A stretch of DNA of 64,000 nt. Source: Paraphysomonas bandaiensis. Its lineage: Eukaryota > Protista > Chrysophyceae. A program made the position numbers and the translations under genes. The stretch is from assembly GCA_965644295.1 (NCBI GenBank), contig CBFFRP010000288.1:186001-250000 (forward strand), written 5' to 3'. This document shows, one piece after another, positions 39,253-51,104 of the stretch; positions within the stretch are counted from its first letter, which is position 1, and each line of letters starts with the position of its first letter. A model generated the notes under the pieces. It did no database searches. It was not told the DNA's origin and saw only the letters and a list, made by a program, of their open reading frames with translations.

Positions 39253-39585
39253 AAATCTTACTATAAACCAACCTCACATACTTATACAAGAACTACATGA
39301 TACAGTATATAATTGTATCAGGTAAAGTAAACAGTAATGACTGGTCATGACGACATTGTCTGATCTGATTTTCATACAGAAATGATCGAGTATGATGCGA
39401 GGACGTGCACCGCCAAGCCTAATCACACATACGTATACAGACAGTCGTATAGATGAAATTATACTGCCCCCATTGGGAAAAAGGAATGTTTTGATTGATG
39501 TAAAGTGTGCCAAACAGTGTGACGTGCTTCCAGGGAATGTACCCAATGGGGGCAGTATAACTTCCTCCATACGAATACTACTGTA
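39253..39585 (+). mobile_element. Decayed 5' fragment of the same pogo family, ending in a local inversion
   Basis: Colinear with the reverse complement of about 35335-35620, including MMRGR...THT.TDSR.DE..LPPLGKR. Positions 39542-39574 invert 39445-39477. Confidence 0.85.
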
Positions 39586-40485
39586 TCTTGAGGATGAATA
39601 TCCAAAGAAACTGATTATGAGTACTGTGTCACTTAGAATGAAATATGGATAAAAGAATGACGTTTCTAATGATACTTTCACTGCCACCAGCCATGCAGTG
39701 ACTGTTATTTTAATTTCATCTGAAAAGTGCAAAGAAAACGGCCATTATACTTTCCTGCCTTCCCACTCAATATCACTTACACGATATCTATACCCCATAA
39801 TAGCACTTTGAAACCTTAGAAATATGAAGGTGGAAACATATCTGACTGCAATGATATTATTGAGGAGACGATCCTACTATTTAAGATCAAACTGTGTGGT
39901 GTGTTTCATATGTACATACCTCTCAATGGGGATATGAGGCACGTGGTCAAGAGTTCCGCCCAGCACAGGGTAGCATACTTATGACGTATTATTACTGTTT
40001 CTCTCACTGCAAGGTTCTTAGGTACGAGCACCAGATGTACGGAGTATAGATCAATGAGTAACGGTTTGAATAGGTGTGGGATAACTGTATGTAGTATGTA
40101 GCTGGTTATTCCATGTGAACTTAACAATGCACGTGTCTCGGACTGTGAAAGTACATCGCACCAATCCTCTGAATCGGTGATGTGATGTCTTATCTTACTA
40201 GACTGTATGAGACGTACAATTATTCTGCTTGGAATTATGAGAATTGAGTGCGCAGATGACGGTGTCATTTATACTATGTACTAGTATACCCACTCAAGTA
40301 GCTTGAAAGTGCTATAAAAGTAGTGATATAGTTAGTGATTTAGATGATTTTTATTACAATTGCGTTGATGTTTATGATTAGAGTAATTAAAACTTCTCTC
40401 TATAACACATACGAAATCATAAAAAGTCTGGTTATGCTTTCAAAATCTGTGCCGTAACTATCAACAATACATCTTTGACATCGCT

Positions 40486-41908
40486 CTACACTATTCCTTG
40501 ATCGATCATAGCATCAGCAACCTTAATAAATCCTGCTAAATTGGCTCCTTTGACATAGTCGATGATGCCATCCTCATTCTCGCCGTACTTACAGCAGCTA
40601 CTATGAATATCTCGCATAATAGTATGCAGGTAATCGTTGACGGTTTCTTTGTCCCACAACTGACGCTGGCTGTTTTGAGCCATCTCAAGGCCTGATATTG
40701 CCACCCCTCCAGCATTTGCTGCTTTTCCTGGGGCATATAAAATACCACTCTTCCGAAGGTAATGAACTGCATCGGCAGTACAAGGCATATTGGCACCTTC
40801 GGTTACGCATATGCACCCACCATCTATCAAAGCTTTGGCATCATCCTCGTCAAGTTCGTTCTGTGTTGCACAAGGCATTGCCACATCGCATTTCACGCCC
40901 CATGGCTTCTCTCTTGGGAAAAAATTCCCCCCAAATTTATCAACATATTTCTCTATGGAACCCCTCTCGGTAAACTTGTATTCTTTTATCCAGGATATGT
41001 CATCCTGAGAGAAGCCTTCCTCTTGGAAAACATATCCCGTCGAATCAGATAATGTCACAACTTTTGCTCCTTGTGCGACACATTGTTCGGCCGCATGCAG
41101 TGCAACATTCCCACTACCAGATATAACAAGGGTCATTCCCTCCAAGCTTCCTTTCTCGTTGTCGTCATCATTGCTTTCAGCACGCTTGCGCAGCATCTCC
41201 ATCGTAAAGTAAACAGCACCATAACCTGTAGCCTCTACCCTTTCCAATGAGCCGCCCCATCCAATTCCCTTTCCTGTGAGGGCTCCAGTGAACTCATTCC
41301 GCAGCCTCTTGTATTGTCCGTACATGAAGCCTATTTCACGTCCGCCCACCCCGATGTCTCCAGCAGGTATATCAGTGTTAGGTCCGATGTGGCGTGATAA
41401 CTCGGTCATAAAGCTCTGGCAAAATCGCATTATCTCAGAATCGCTTTTCTGTTTTGGATTGAAATCTGATCCACCTTTACCTCCGCCTAGGGACAACGTG
41501 GTCAATGAATTTTTAAGGGTTTGTTCGAATCCCAAAAACTTAAGCACGCTCAGAGAGACAGTGGGATGGAATCTTAATCCTCCTTTATAGGGACCAATGG
41601 CAGAATTAAACTGAACTCGATATCCTCTGTTTACATGTACCACTTGATTATCATCAGTCCATACAACACGAAAGATAATAGTACGTTCTGGTTCAACCAT
41701 TTGCTCCAGAACACCTTTGTACTTTGGATTCTCTTCAATATATGGAAGAACACTTTCTGCAACTTCCTTTGTAACAGTGATAAGATCTATGCGGATGCTA
41801 ATGACTGTATATTACCTTTACTGCTTGAAGAAACTCAGATTCTTGAGGATTACGTTCTTCAAGCATGAACATGAAGTCATCCAATACTTGATTTACAGTT
41901 GAACTCAT
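40486..41908 (-). CDS. gdhA: NADP-specific glutamate dehydrogenase (GdhA type), 457 aa, 2 exons
   Basis: GPYKGGLRFHP, GGGKGGSDF, PAGDIGVG, GSGNVA, PCATQNE, EGANMP, KAANAGGV. 49-nt intron at 41767-41815. Confidence 0.95.
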
Positions 41909-42435
41909 TGTTATGAATATGGTAGTATGTTGTATGTGTATACTCTAGATAATGATATCTATATGCATGTATTCAACCACTCTTACTCTTCCATGTTTAT
42001 ATTGCACTTCATACCTTCCCTTATGATATTCAATATCTATATGCCAATGAAAAAAGAATACATATATTTGATTGGATATAGTGTGTTCTTGAGGATGAAG
42101 TGTATATTCGTAGTATGTATCATAACTACACTACTGTAGGAATTCCTAGAGATCTTTCTGTATACTATTTCTACACCCTCATACAATACAATAGGAATAC
42201 ACGTATCCAAGCAACACTATTCTTTTCCCATAAAATTCTATCTGACTTCGACTTCTTGTTCTGTTCTTTCATACTCCATCGTAACCCTGTAACAGAACTT
42301 CAGTTCATAGATACATACATACAAACATACATATCAATCTACTCAATGTACTTGTAGAATTCTATATATAGAATTAGATTATGTAAAGTACAAGATATTC
42401 ATATCTCTCCTATATAAAAATTGATATCATTGAAT

Positions 42436-43794
42436 ATGGAAAAGTTTTATTATGATCATATAAGTTTACGATATCCAGGAGATGACTTACAGAGTCATGA
42501 ACCAAGTACTCCTTGTGAGAATGAGTTTAAGATGTATACTATGGATTTATCATATTTTTCTGGAAAATTAGAAATGTATTGTCGTTATAAAGAGATTCCA
42601 TATGAACGTATTGAAGTAACTGGTCGTGAAATGAATGAAATACTTGCACGAAATAGTGGTACAGAACAAGTGCCTCAGTTATATGATATGAGAGAGACTA
42701 CACCAGAATCACGTCGTTGGTTACGTGATACTACTCCAATAATAGAGTATCTGGAGAAAGATCCTCATATTAGTAAACGAGCTCGTTCGGTGATACCTTC
42801 TTGTCCGGTGCAGATGTTTATCCAGTTCCTTTTGGAAGATTTTGCTGACGAGCATCTATGGCGACCGGCAATGTTTTGGCGGTGGGATCCCGACTTTGAC
42901 AGGTTTATAATGGGTCACAGGTTTTCCTATGAGTTTATGAGGGATGTTCCGTGGCCATACTCTCTGCTCCCCCGTTGGGGAAGGGCGGGGATTATGTCAT
43001 TACGACAATGGCTGTTGTCAGTATATGGGGAAGACTGCCTCACTCAAAGTAAAAAAGACGTGGTTAAAGCACAGTATTTGGAACTGTTGGACATTCTCCA
43101 GAGTATTCTCTCGGTGCAACCTTATCTCTTTGGTAATCACCCCACGCTGGTAGACTTTGGCTTTGCCGGCCCATTTTTCCGCCACTTCTCCTCCGATTTT
43201 ACTCCCCGGAAAGTAATGCAGCTGCGTGCTCCTGCAGTATTCGAATGGATGGCTCGTCTATGGAACTGCAGAAGCTCGACACTCGGAGATGACACTGGGT
43301 TTCCCTCTCCAGGCCGACTTCCGGATTCCTGGAGTCCCCTGTTGCGTCTTGTATCAGAGTACCTGCGGTACTCCCATCTCAATGCGATGGCGTATCAAAA
43401 AGGCCACAAAGACTTCGAATGGCCCAATGGTGGCCAAGTGTTTCGTGTACCTGTGGTTCACTACCGCGTTTGGTGCCGTATGCAGTTACAGAAGCGATTT
43501 AAATCACTTGATGAAACCTCACAACGAGAAGTGGAAGCTATTCTTCGCAGACACGAGTGCTGGGAACCACTTTGGGCTGGTGGAGACGTCGAAGTAGCCC
43601 CAGAATGTGATGCAGACCCACCATTTGCAGTTTACCCACCACCTAAAAAAAGATCGAACATTGTCACGTACAAATGGAACTTTGAGCCAATTGCGGGTAA
43701 GTACTTCACTACTCTCGGAATGCGTTGTGCGATTATTTCGCTATTCGCGGGTAGTGCTTTGTGGACATTGGCCAGAAGCCGAAAACATATGTAA
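42436..43794 (+). CDS. Intronless glutathione S-transferase-like protein (bacterial-type subfamily) with a C-terminal hydrophobic tail
   Basis: SYFSGKLEMYCRYKEIPY, QVPQL, RDTTPIIEYLE, LEDFADE, PYLFGNHPTLVDF. Confidence 0.8.
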   Translation: MEKFYYDHISLRYPGDDLQSHEPSTPCENEFKMYTMDLSYFSGKLEMYCRYKEIPYERIEVTGREMNEILARNSGTEQVPQLYDMRETTPESRRWLRDTTPIIEYLEKDPHISKRARSVIPSCPVQMFIQFLLEDFADEHLWRPAMFWRWDPDFDRFIMGHRFSYEFMRDVPWPYSLLPRWGRAGIMSLRQWLLSVYGEDCLTQSKKDVVKAQYLELLDILQSILSVQPYLFGNHPTLVDFGFAGPFFRHFSSDFTPRKVMQLRAPAVFEWMARLWNCRSSTLGDDTGFPSPGRLPDSWSPLLRLVSEYLRYSHLNAMAYQKGHKDFEWPNGGQVFRVPVVHYRVWCRMQLQKRFKSLDETSQREVEAILRRHECWEPLWAGGDVEVAPECDADPPFAVYPPPKKRSNIVTYKWNFEPIAGKYFTTLGMRCAIISLFAGSALWTLARSRKHM

Positions 43795-44350
43795 TGTAGT
43801 TCTATGAAATGGATGATGTGTGATACGTGGAGCTACGCCCTAAAGTGGGTGTAGCTGTATAACCGGAGCATTGATATTACTACGTACTCGCGATGAGGCA
43901 CTTACATCTTTTAAATGTACATACTATTCTGATGTAAATATGGTAGTGGTCTAGGGTTGTTAAAATGTTTGATTTAGAGTAGCAGTTAAATATTTTGTAT
44001 TCTCTCGAGGTATCTATTATGCCTCGTATAATAAAGTTTCAACTTATGTAGTTCACCACGCTGCTAATGTGTCGTACGGGAATTAAAAAACGATTACGAT
44101 GCATAACGATATATACGTTTCATACTACATCTGGGCACACGAAATGTACCGGCTGTAGCACAAACAGTGCGCAGAGGTGCAAGGGACGAAGTATCAGTAG
44201 CACTCCCGGTCTTCATCCAATATAGCCCACCAGAACTTTCTAAAACATTGTTTTTCACGTTGCACTTTAATTTAGATTACTTAATATATCCAACACTTCA
44301 ACACACTAGCTAAATCGTTCGATGAAATAGTCAGTAAACAATTTCAATTA

Positions 44351-46299
44351 CTACTCTGTCATCATATTGATGTATTTGGTTTCCAAATACGGCTCAATAC
44401 CTTGGCGCCCACCTTCACGACCCAATCCTGACTCTTTCATGCCTCCAAACGGTGCCACTTCAGAGGAAATGGCACCTTCATTGATACCCACTAGACCAGC
44501 TTCCAGAGATTCAGCAAGGCGCCAAGCGCGTGACAGGTTGGTCGTGCAAGCGTAAGCTGCTAGGCCCGACCTATGATTTGAGTTAGCTAAGTATAGAATA
44601 GCACTCATATATACTGGAATACGGTAAACACATAAAATATACAATTCATAGTGTCGATAAAGACTTCAACGGAAAACACTCATATGGAGCCATACACCAT
44701 CAAAAAGACTCACGTTGTATCGTTAGCTTGTTGTATCACATCCTCCTCGCTAGAGAACCGGGTCAGCGGTGCAATTGGAGAAAATGACTCCTCCAGGAAT
44801 GGACTCATTTCGCTAGTGACTTCGGTAAGTACGGTAGGTAAATAGAAGCATCCACCAGCAGCATTGAGTTCCTCGTGGGGCTGTCCACCGACAGTCACCT
44901 TGGCACCCTTGCTGACACAGTCTTCGACCTGGCGAACGGCCTGTTCACAGCAATTAATGCTGCAACAAGTACTACAGTCAATCTAACCTTATCCAGTCCT
45001 GCCTTGTTAATGAGTGGACCCATATTTACACCCTCATGTAAACCATTTCCACACTTAAAACCAGAAACCTTAGCTGTGAGCATCTCAGCGAACTCGTCGT
45101 ACACCTTTTCGTGAACAAAGATGCGGTTCGCAGCAATACAAGCTTGACCCGCATTACGGAACTTAGCGGCTAAGAGGGCCCGGAGAGCCACAGACAAATC
45201 CGCATCATCAAATATAATGAATGGAGCATTTCCACCGTTTTCAAGAGATACCTGAATTAGTCATACATCAATTTTCAATACATGTCTCAACGTCATGACT
45301 GCCGTACCCGCTTGATAGTTGATGCACTTTCTTTCATGAGCCACTTACCAACATTGGTAGAGCCAGTAAAAGAGATTTTTTTATAAACATCGGAGGTACA
45401 GAAGTGAGTACCAAGATCCTGGACACGGTTGCGCCCGACTGTGATGACATTCATTGCACCAGCAGGTACACCAGCTTCGATAGCAAGGGCACAGAGGGCT
45501 AAGGCGCTCATAGGGGTCTCCTCGGCAGGCTTCACGGTGACAGTGCAGCCAGCAGCCAGAGCAGGAGCAACCTAGATGTCGGGTATCATTAGAATTGTAC
45601 AGTAGTTACTAGGGGTATGCAGGTGAATACTATACTATAGGGGTAAGCAGACGAATACTATACTATCAGGCACGCATAGCTACCTTGCGTGTAATCATGG
45701 CAGAAGGAAAGTTCCAAGGGGTTATCATCGCAGCTGGGCCAACAGGTTGTTTTATAGTCATGTACTTCCTGCCAGAAACTGGAGCAGGAATCATGTCGCC
45801 GTATGTGCGTTTTGCCTCCTCCGCGTAGTACTCCATAAAACCAGCAGCATACATTATCTCTCCCCGAGATTCAGCCAGGGGTTTACCAGCTTCAAGAGTG
45901 ATGATAGTAGCCAAATCGTCGATATTCTCATGCATGAGGCGAGCAAACTTGTTTAATACTTTACATCTTTCTTTCGATGTAGTCTTTTTCCATTTCTGAA
46001 AACTATCAAAACATGCATCTTCACATTTCTTGACATCCTCTATATGAAGATTAGGGACACTGGCAATGACCTCTCCGGTGGCAGGGTTATGTACTGTATG
46101 AATAAGTTAGTTGAGTATATGAAAACAATGAGATGTGTATGTCAGAGTAGTGTTTACCGGGTATTTGATCAGAGTAGTCACTAAATATGAATTGTCCGTT
46201 AATAAAACTAGAGGGCTGCCATAAGCTCTTGTTTTTTAGTGGAATATCAGAGAAATATCTCTTGGATATGTTGTGAGATAGAATTCTTCGATAAAGCAT
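44351..46299 (-). CDS. gabD: Succinate-semialdehyde dehydrogenase (ALDH5/GabD), probably mitochondrial; multi-exon
   Basis: [52 protein letters not shown]-terminus resembles a presequence. Confidence 0.92.
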
Positions 46300-46848
46300 G
46301 TTATGTTTATGTTATTGATGTAGAGGATGGTGTGGATGGGATAATATGCACTTAATCTTCGAGTAGATTTCTATGCATGCATGTAAGGTACACTGGAAGT
46401 ACAGTATACCAAATACTGCTACTGTACACAGTGTTATGGTCACATATGAACACTGAGAGCTGAAAGTACAGCTGTGTACTATATGGATGTTCTTGCATTC
46501 TGTTTATCGTAGTATCCTGATATTTGTAGTGCATAGCATACAGAGTGGGTATAAATATCAGGGTAATCGCCAAAGTCCTTCAAATACAGCCATTAAAACC
46601 ACCTGTTTTTCAAATCAAACCTTTCTACCATATTCCAAATCTCTACAAGTGTATATCATATTGTGATATCTAAAATTGCCACTTTTTCGATTTTAGGTCT
46701 ATATATTGCCATTTTTATATACCAGAAGATACCTTTAGCTGCAATCTATTATTGACGGCTCTCAATATGTGAGTCGCTCTGTATATATACATATATATGT
46801 CTATATGTTGCCATTACCTTCAATTAACTTCAATATATATTAAATAAA

Positions 46849-49800
46849 ATGGAATCTTATATATTTATTGCTGATTGTGATTTTCAATCAGATGGAGATG
46901 GATATTTATCTTTTAACAAGGATGATCATATAGATATATTAAATAACACTGAGGACTGGTGGTATGGTCGTCTATTATCTGGATATAATAAAGGAAAGGA
47001 AGGGTGGATACCATCTACTTATGGTCATATGGAATGTGTTTCTAGTAATATGGGGTCATCTTCTATACAATCCCCCCCTGTAGAGGTGTCCCCTCCACAG
47101 CCCTCCACTGTAAAGTCATCCTCTATAGAGGTATCTAGTATAGAGGCAGAGTACAGTGGTTTTAATAAACAACAAAAGCAACAGACAGCAGATCAGCTAC
47201 TGGATCAGATGTTAAAGACAGAGGAGTCGTTTGTTGATCATATAAAACTCTTTTTAGATGCTATAGTTATTCCTCTGCAGATAAGAGATACCTCATTCAA
47301 ACGGGATTTTTTGGGCGAATACTCACTCGCACTGAGCTTTAACATAATGGATGAGATGTATAAAGTGTGTTCGGCTTTTAGCAAAGCTATGCGTGAGACC
47401 GTGGGTTCACCTCCACGTGTTTCTTCCACCGCAATCACTAGCATATCAGCTTGTGTTGTACAGTTTGCACCTTCGCTTCGCATTTTTGCGCAGTTTATAT
47501 CAGAAAATTCGAATGCGCTGAATGCCATGAAGAGTTTTACGAAGCCTCTTAATGAGTTCTTGCGCACCCATCGCTTACCGGTTCATACATCTATCGAGAC
47601 ATTCCTCGTTCTTCCTGTCGACCATTATACCCATTATATGGAGGATTTTAACCGCCTTGTCTATCTGTGCAAGGGCATCGGTGGAGTGGAGGGAGACGAT
47701 AGTCTAAAGAGAGCAGCGGATGCGTTACTACTATATTCAAGGGAAGTAGACGATAAACTTGCGGTCGAGAGAGAAAAACAAATGCTGCTGGTGATACAAA
47801 GCCAATGTAAGCGCGATATGCTTAAAAACTAATGTAATTAATGTATTTATATATCTAGTTATTAATAATCCGAAAATTTTCACACCAAATCGTATATTTA
47901 TACGAGAAGGAGATTTAGAGAGAATTTGCATGGAGAAGAAGGTCAACATTGTGTATCGCGCACATCTCTTCAACGACGCTTTTATTATTAGCCGCAAGCT
48001 GACCACACTAAAAGGAAGGTATAAGTTTCACCGCGCTGTAGATCTTGCATCTGCTAGCGTGGCTCGTGCACAGGCGATGTCTCTTAGTCATGCATTTGCT
48101 GTCACGACACCAAGTATGCGCTTGCCATATATATTTGCCTGCACAACTGCAGAAGAGATGGAGGCGTGGATGGGCGACCTACAAATGCAGATTGATCGCA
48201 TAAATGGAACGGAGGGAAGCAGGCGACTGACACGAGGTCAGTCCTCTGCAAGTGTGAGACCAAGCTCACCGTCTGTCGGGAACTCGAATTCGGTCACAGT
48301 ATCCAAAAACCTCTCTTTTCTCAGTTCCCGCTTCACATCTGAAGAGCTGTCAGCGACAGGAAATAAAGTTACTAAAGACACGGCAGTGGTGGAAATGGAT
48401 GATTATATGAGTGAAGAGCTTTCGTTAGCTCAATCTATGTCTGCATTTAATGACATTGCGATCCAACCATTAATTGATGCCAGTAAAGGGGCTGAGTTAA
48501 CTGTGGGTCAGCTGCAGGATAATAACCAGAGCATAGTGCGACCTTCTAGTGGAAGCGAGTTGTTTGATCGAAAAGGCTCTTACACAGCTATCATTGGCGG
48601 AGTAGTGGCCAGAATTCAGACACAAAGTATTGCAGATACTCTTAAAGATGCCGATGTTCAAATATATCTGCGCGTGACAGAGAACTTGGTATCTTCATTT
48701 GTTGAATTTTTAATGTTGCTAGAGATGTCTGTTTCGTCATCCGGTGGGAAAGCACAAGACCTGTATTTAGGAGCTGTTTGTCTGTCTCAGCAGGTCGGAG
48801 CACTATTTCAGCAGATGGTCTCGTATGCGTCCGGGTACCAAGCAGCTATCAGAGTTCTGAATTCATCGCAACTGGCACAGTTTAAGTCTGATGCAGAAGA
48901 GCGCTTTTTTCCAAGTACTTTCGAGTCTGTTATCTATGGAATACTTAAGATTCCGGACCGGTTAGAATATGTGCTATCGAAAATCCTTAAACTGTTACCA
49001 GGAAACCACTCGGATAAAACAAAGCTCACAGTTGTGCTGGAACGTATACAATCACTGCGAACTGAAATGCGAGTTGTGATAAAAGAGAAAGCGAATTATG
49101 AGAAACTGTTGGAAATAAAGAACTGTTTTGTGCCGGGATTATTACAGGTCGACCCTGTACTTCAATATTTAATATCTAACGAAAGGGAGTTCATTCGTGA
49201 TGGTGTGTTGACTAAAATATGTAGAAAAGAAAACAAGATATTCAAGTTCTGGTTGTTCAATGACTACTTGGTGTATGGGACACCCTTACCAGGGGGCAAA
49301 TATCGCTGGAACCGTGCCATGAGTCTTCTCACCTGCACAGCACAGAAGCATACATCTCTTGGTTCATCAACACATGCCTTTGAGATCCTTGGTGCGGAAA
49401 AGTCTTTTGTTGTTATTGCTTCTAATGCCGGAGAGAGAGATATTTGGCTCGACAGTATTCATGCAGCAGTGGTTGCTTGTCGACAGAAGAAAGGCGTCCA
49501 AGCAGAGTCAGTGTCATCTCCTGGCAAGTCACTTCATGCAGCAATATGGGTTCCAGATAGTGTAGGCGTGACTTGCTGTGTGTGCAATGCGGTACGTGAT
49601 GTGTTTCCTTTTGGTTTATTTAGTATTAATGTCATTCTTGTATATGTAGCCTTTCAAAGGATTTACAAACAGAAAACATCATTGTCGCCAATGTGGCAAG
49701 GTTGTATGTGGCGAGCATAGTACCCATCGAAAGATTCTTGAGCACATTAATAAGAAGAAACCCGAGCGAGTTTGCGATATTTGTTTCCCGCTCCCAGTGC

Positions 49801-51104
49801 ACCCTACCTCTGCAATTAGCACTGAAGATTCTCTCGACACGACCGCACCGACGTATGCCGGAAACAGTACGGCAACTCCTATAAGCACTCCTATCGATTC
49901 TTCTCCAATATTTTCAAGTAGTAAAATAGTAGCACGAGATCACTCGACATCTTCTGCAACCTCTCCTAACAAGATTGCGAAACCGCCAAAGCCATCAAAA
50001 CCACCGAAGAAGAAAACTCCTCAGACGAATCCGTTTGCAGATGACTATATGGACGACCAAACTAAGATATCGACTAATCCTTTTGATGAAGCAGAAGGGC
50101 CTTCGTCTCCTGCCCCACAGTTGCCTGCTAGACCTAGTAGTAACATGCATGAAAAGTTACATCCAGAGTCGCCCAAGCAGACTTCTCCTTCGCCCACTTC
50201 AATGACCTCAACGAATATATGGCCTGCACACAAACCTCCGGCTCCCCCTACTTCTCCACAGGTCCCGCTATCGTCAAGTTTGACTTCCCCATCTGTCTCC
50301 ATACAAGCTAGCAATCCACCTCCACCTCCCGTAGTCACACAACCGGAAAGACCACCGCCTCCTCCTGTGCCCACACAGCCGGAAAGACCACCTCCCCCTC
50401 CCGTAGCCACACAACCGGAGAGGCCTCCTCCACCTCCCGTGCCCACACAGCCGGAAAGACCACCTCCTCCTCCCGTGCCCACACAGCCGGAAAGACCACC
50501 TCCCCCTCCCGTGCCCACACAGCCGGAAAGACCACCGCCTCCTCCTGTGCCCACACAACCGGAGAGACCGCCTCCCCCTCCTGTGCCCACACAACCGGAG
50601 AGACCACCTCCCCCTCCTGTACCCACACAGCCGGAAAGACCACCGCCTCCTCCTGTGCCCACACAATCGGAGAGACCGCCTCCCCCTCCTGTACCCACAC
50701 AACCGGAGAGACCTGACTCACAGACTGCTACTGGTAATTCTGTAGATATGCCCACTCATCCAGTTGCTATTCCTCCACCACCTCCAGGTCGACCCCCGGC
50801 ACCACCACCTCGAAATATGAACCAGGACCCGCCTTCTGTATCTTCCCGAACACAACGACGACGAAGTATAGGACGAGAGGGCGGAATGGCAAGTTTACTG
50901 GCATCTATACAGGCTGGGGGAACAGAGCTGCGCAAAGTAGAAGTCGAAACATCTCCCCGAATAAGCAAGCCTGTTGGAGGTGGTATGATGGACATGCTGG
51001 CAACTGTAATGATGGACAGAAGAATGGCAATGATGGAAGGAGATATCAGCAGTGATTCAGATAGCTCTGATGAATGGGATGATGATGCCTCAGATGATGA
51101 TTAA
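46849..51104 (+). CDS. 1381-aa SH3-DH-PH-DH-PH-FYVE-polyproline-VCA(WH2-C-A) protein; 3 exons
   Basis: Introns 47807-47858 and 49592-49649 join three ORFs in frame. SH3 (DWWYG..GWIPSTY), two DH/PH pairs, FYVE (WVPD, RKHHCRQCG, RVC), WH2 (LLASIQ..LRKV), C helix, acidic DEWDD tail. Confidence 0.88.
50316..50711 (+). repeat. Coding minisatellite, 11 x 36 bp (PPPPPVPTQPER)
   Basis: Directly visible; unit variation is mostly synonymous. Confidence 0.95.

Noticed and set aside
50045-50755. Gly-rich and Arg-rich antisense ORFs; CRISPR-like periodicity
   Set aside because: Shadows of the 36-bp coding repeat. There are no unique spacers and no cas genes.
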